Of a stretch of 64,000 nt of DNA, positions 62,258 to 64,000 are shown one piece after another. Numbering within the stretch: the stretch's first letter is position 1; each line of letters opens with the position of its first letter. The translations under genes were made by a program, and so were the position numbers. Location of the stretch: assembly GCA_958296135.2 (NCBI GenBank), contig CATQHZ020000001.1:1-64000 (forward strand), given 5' to 3'. Source of the stretch: an uncultured Poribacteria bacterium (lineage in GTDB: Bacteria; Poribacteria; WGA-4E; WGA-3G). The notes below the pieces were generated by a model. That model was not told where the DNA came from. It worked only from the letters and a program-made list of their open reading frames with translations, and searched no databases.

Positions 62258-63325
62258 ATGGCAGCTAAATATCGCGTTGGAATTATCGGATGTGGCGGCA
62301 TCGCCAATGCCCACGCGCGTGGGTATCAAGGCGTTGAACAAACCGAGATTGTCTCCCTGGCAGACCCGGTCCAAGCCGCACTTGACAAGTTTTCACACAC
62401 CTACGGTGTGCCGAGCGAGCACTGCTATCAGGACGCGCGCGACATGCTGGATAGCGAAACCCTCGATGTTGTGAGCGTCGCGACGTGGCATAAACTTCAT
62501 GCGCCGATGACAATCGCTGCCTGCGCGCGGAGCCCGAAGGCTGTCCTTTGTGAGAAACCGATGGGTGTCAACCTCGGCGAGTGCGATGAGATGTTAATCG
62601 CCGCGAACCGGAACAACGTCAAAGTTGTCATCGGGCATCAGCGCAGATTTAATTCGGCGTGGACAGACGCGCGCAATCTCATCGCCGCTGGCGCAATCGG
62701 GGAACCGCGCCAAATTGTCTGCCAGGGTGGGCAGGGGCTTTTGAACGACTGCTCACACCTTTTTGATATGATGCGCTATGTGCTCGGAGATCCGGCACCG
62801 CAGTGGGTCATCGGGAACGTAGAGCGCAAAACCGAACGGTACGAGCGCGATATCCAAATCGAAGACCGGAGTGCCGGGATTATCGGTTTTGAAGGTGGAT
62901 GCATCGGCATGCTCCTGCAGGAAATCGGCAGACCGAATTATCAGGGCGGCATCGTCTACGGCACAGATGGCATCGCCGACGTAACCGAGGCACGCGTCCG
63001 GCTCCTGAATAATAAAGCAACGGATTGGGAGGAACGTCCCTCCGATGGTACGAACCAGCACGTCGCGCAGGCGGCCGAATTAGTCAGTTGGATTGAAGAC
63101 GGCCCTGAGCATCGCGGTGAGGCAAAACATGGGCGCGCCGCCGTTGAAATTATCATGGCCATCTACGAGTCCACGCGGATGCATGAAGTGGTGCAATTGC
63201 CGTTGCGGACGCACGCCAATCCGCTTGATTTGATGATTGAAAACGGCGATTTGCCGATTGAACGCCCCGGGCGTTACGATATTCGGGCGTTTTTGTTGCA
63301 CGGCGAATCCATGACACCCGAATAA
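62258..63325 (+). CDS. Gfo/Idh/MocA oxidoreductase
   Basis: GIIGCGGIA, CEKP, GHQRRF. Confidence 0.92.
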   Translation: MAAKYRVGIIGCGGIANAHARGYQGVEQTEIVSLADPVQAALDKFSHTYGVPSEHCYQDARDMLDSETLDVVSVATWHKLHAPMTIAACARSPKAVLCEKPMGVNLGECDEMLIAANRNNVKVVIGHQRRFNSAWTDARNLIAAGAIGEPRQIVCQGGQGLLNDCSHLFDMMRYVLGDPAPQWVIGNVERKTERYERDIQIEDRSAGIIGFEGGCIGMLLQEIGRPNYQGGIVYGTDGIADVTEARVRLLNNKATDWEERPSDGTNQHVAQAAELVSWIEDGPEHRGEAKHGRAAVEIIMAIYESTRMHEVVQLPLRTHANPLDLMIENGDLPIERPGRYDIRAFLLHGESMTPE

Positions 63326-63441
63326 TACCGTAGCCTGTCCGTTACCCGTAGGGCGAGAGCCGTCTCTTTAGGAAACCTGGCAGCCTTTAGGCAGATAACG
63401 TCTTAGTTGCATAGAAATGTGTTTTTTTTTGTTAGAAAAAC

Positions 63442-63470
63442 TTGACAATGACGATAGAATAGGGTATAAT
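63442..63470 (+). promoter_or_regulatory. Sigma70-type promoter
   Basis: TTGACA-17-TATAAT. Confidence 0.75.
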
Positions 63471-63564
63471 AGCACCAGGAACCTAACAAAAGAGGGATTT
63501 ATTGTGCAACCTATCGAGATAACGACACCGAAGCCACGCTACAACTCATGAGGCTGAGAAAACC

Positions 63565-64000
63565 ATGCAAATTACACAAGGCGTTAGCGTTGGGTTGGCG
63601 GCACTGCGGCGCAACAAATTGCGCTCCGTGCTCACGACGCTAGGGATAGTCATCGGCATCGCGACCGTTGTCGCCGTGGTGTCTCTCGGCGGCGGTGCTG
63701 AACAGATTGTGTTGGCCGAGTTGGAGAAAATGGGTGCCGCTAGCATGATTTACTGTTTTCGGCCAGGCTATATTAAAAGAGATGATGGCGTGTATGTGCG
63801 GAATACTACTCCCGAACAATTGGAATACGAGGACGGTGACTTTATCCTTGAAAATTGTCCTAATGTCGCCAACGTTTTAATTGCTTCCGAACGGGAATTT
63901 TCTGTCAAGCATAAACGGACGGCTCAGTCTCTCCAAGTTGATGGTGTCACCCCTGCTTACCAAGATGTGGAGAATTGGTATGTGAAACTTGGCCGGTTTC
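63565..64000 (+). CDS. MacB-like ABC transporter permease (partial; runs off the window)
   Basis: Hand translation ALRRNKLRSVLTTLGIVIGIATVVAVVSLGGG. Confidence 0.85.
   Translation, partial: MQITQGVSVGLAALRRNKLRSVLTTLGIVIGIATVVAVVSLGGGAEQIVLAELEKMGAASMIYCFRPGYIKRDDGVYVRNTTPEQLEYEDGDFILENCPNVANVLIASEREFSVKHKRTAQSLQVDGVTPAYQDVENWYVKLGRF

Noticed and set aside
63504-63551. 15-codon uORF before the ABC permease
   Set aside because: It has no informative codon run or attenuator structure, so it cannot be supported.

Overview
Chromosomal origin region of a GC-rich bacterium. The T9SS-type C-terminal domain, cohesin/dockerin proteins, DUF6785-like membrane protein, sulfatase and FGE-like genes suggest Ca. 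Poribacteria (inference). Core genes are rpmH, dnaA, oriC, recF, dciA, gyrB, gyrA, ispH, hisC, argF, thrC, holA and hisZ-hisG-hisS. Accessory content includes a 2266-aa SprA-like outer-membrane protein, a type IIG R-M gene split at a C9 tract, an Rpn nuclease and a cohesin/dockerin gene pair. Main unexplained signals: (1) an 87-90 bp T-shaped element (4 copies) with conserved fold but divergent stems, with empty target sites in the same window; (2) a ~100-bp origin-proximal repeat that supplies start or stop codons to core genes; (3) GTAG-REP-like palindromes inserted in frame in essential proteins; (4) genes with an internal RBS+ATG whose C-terminal module is duplicated as a stand-alone ORF; (5) YG-rich blocks in the SprA-like protein; (6) a His leader peptide attenuator. 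All calls were made by eye without database searches.
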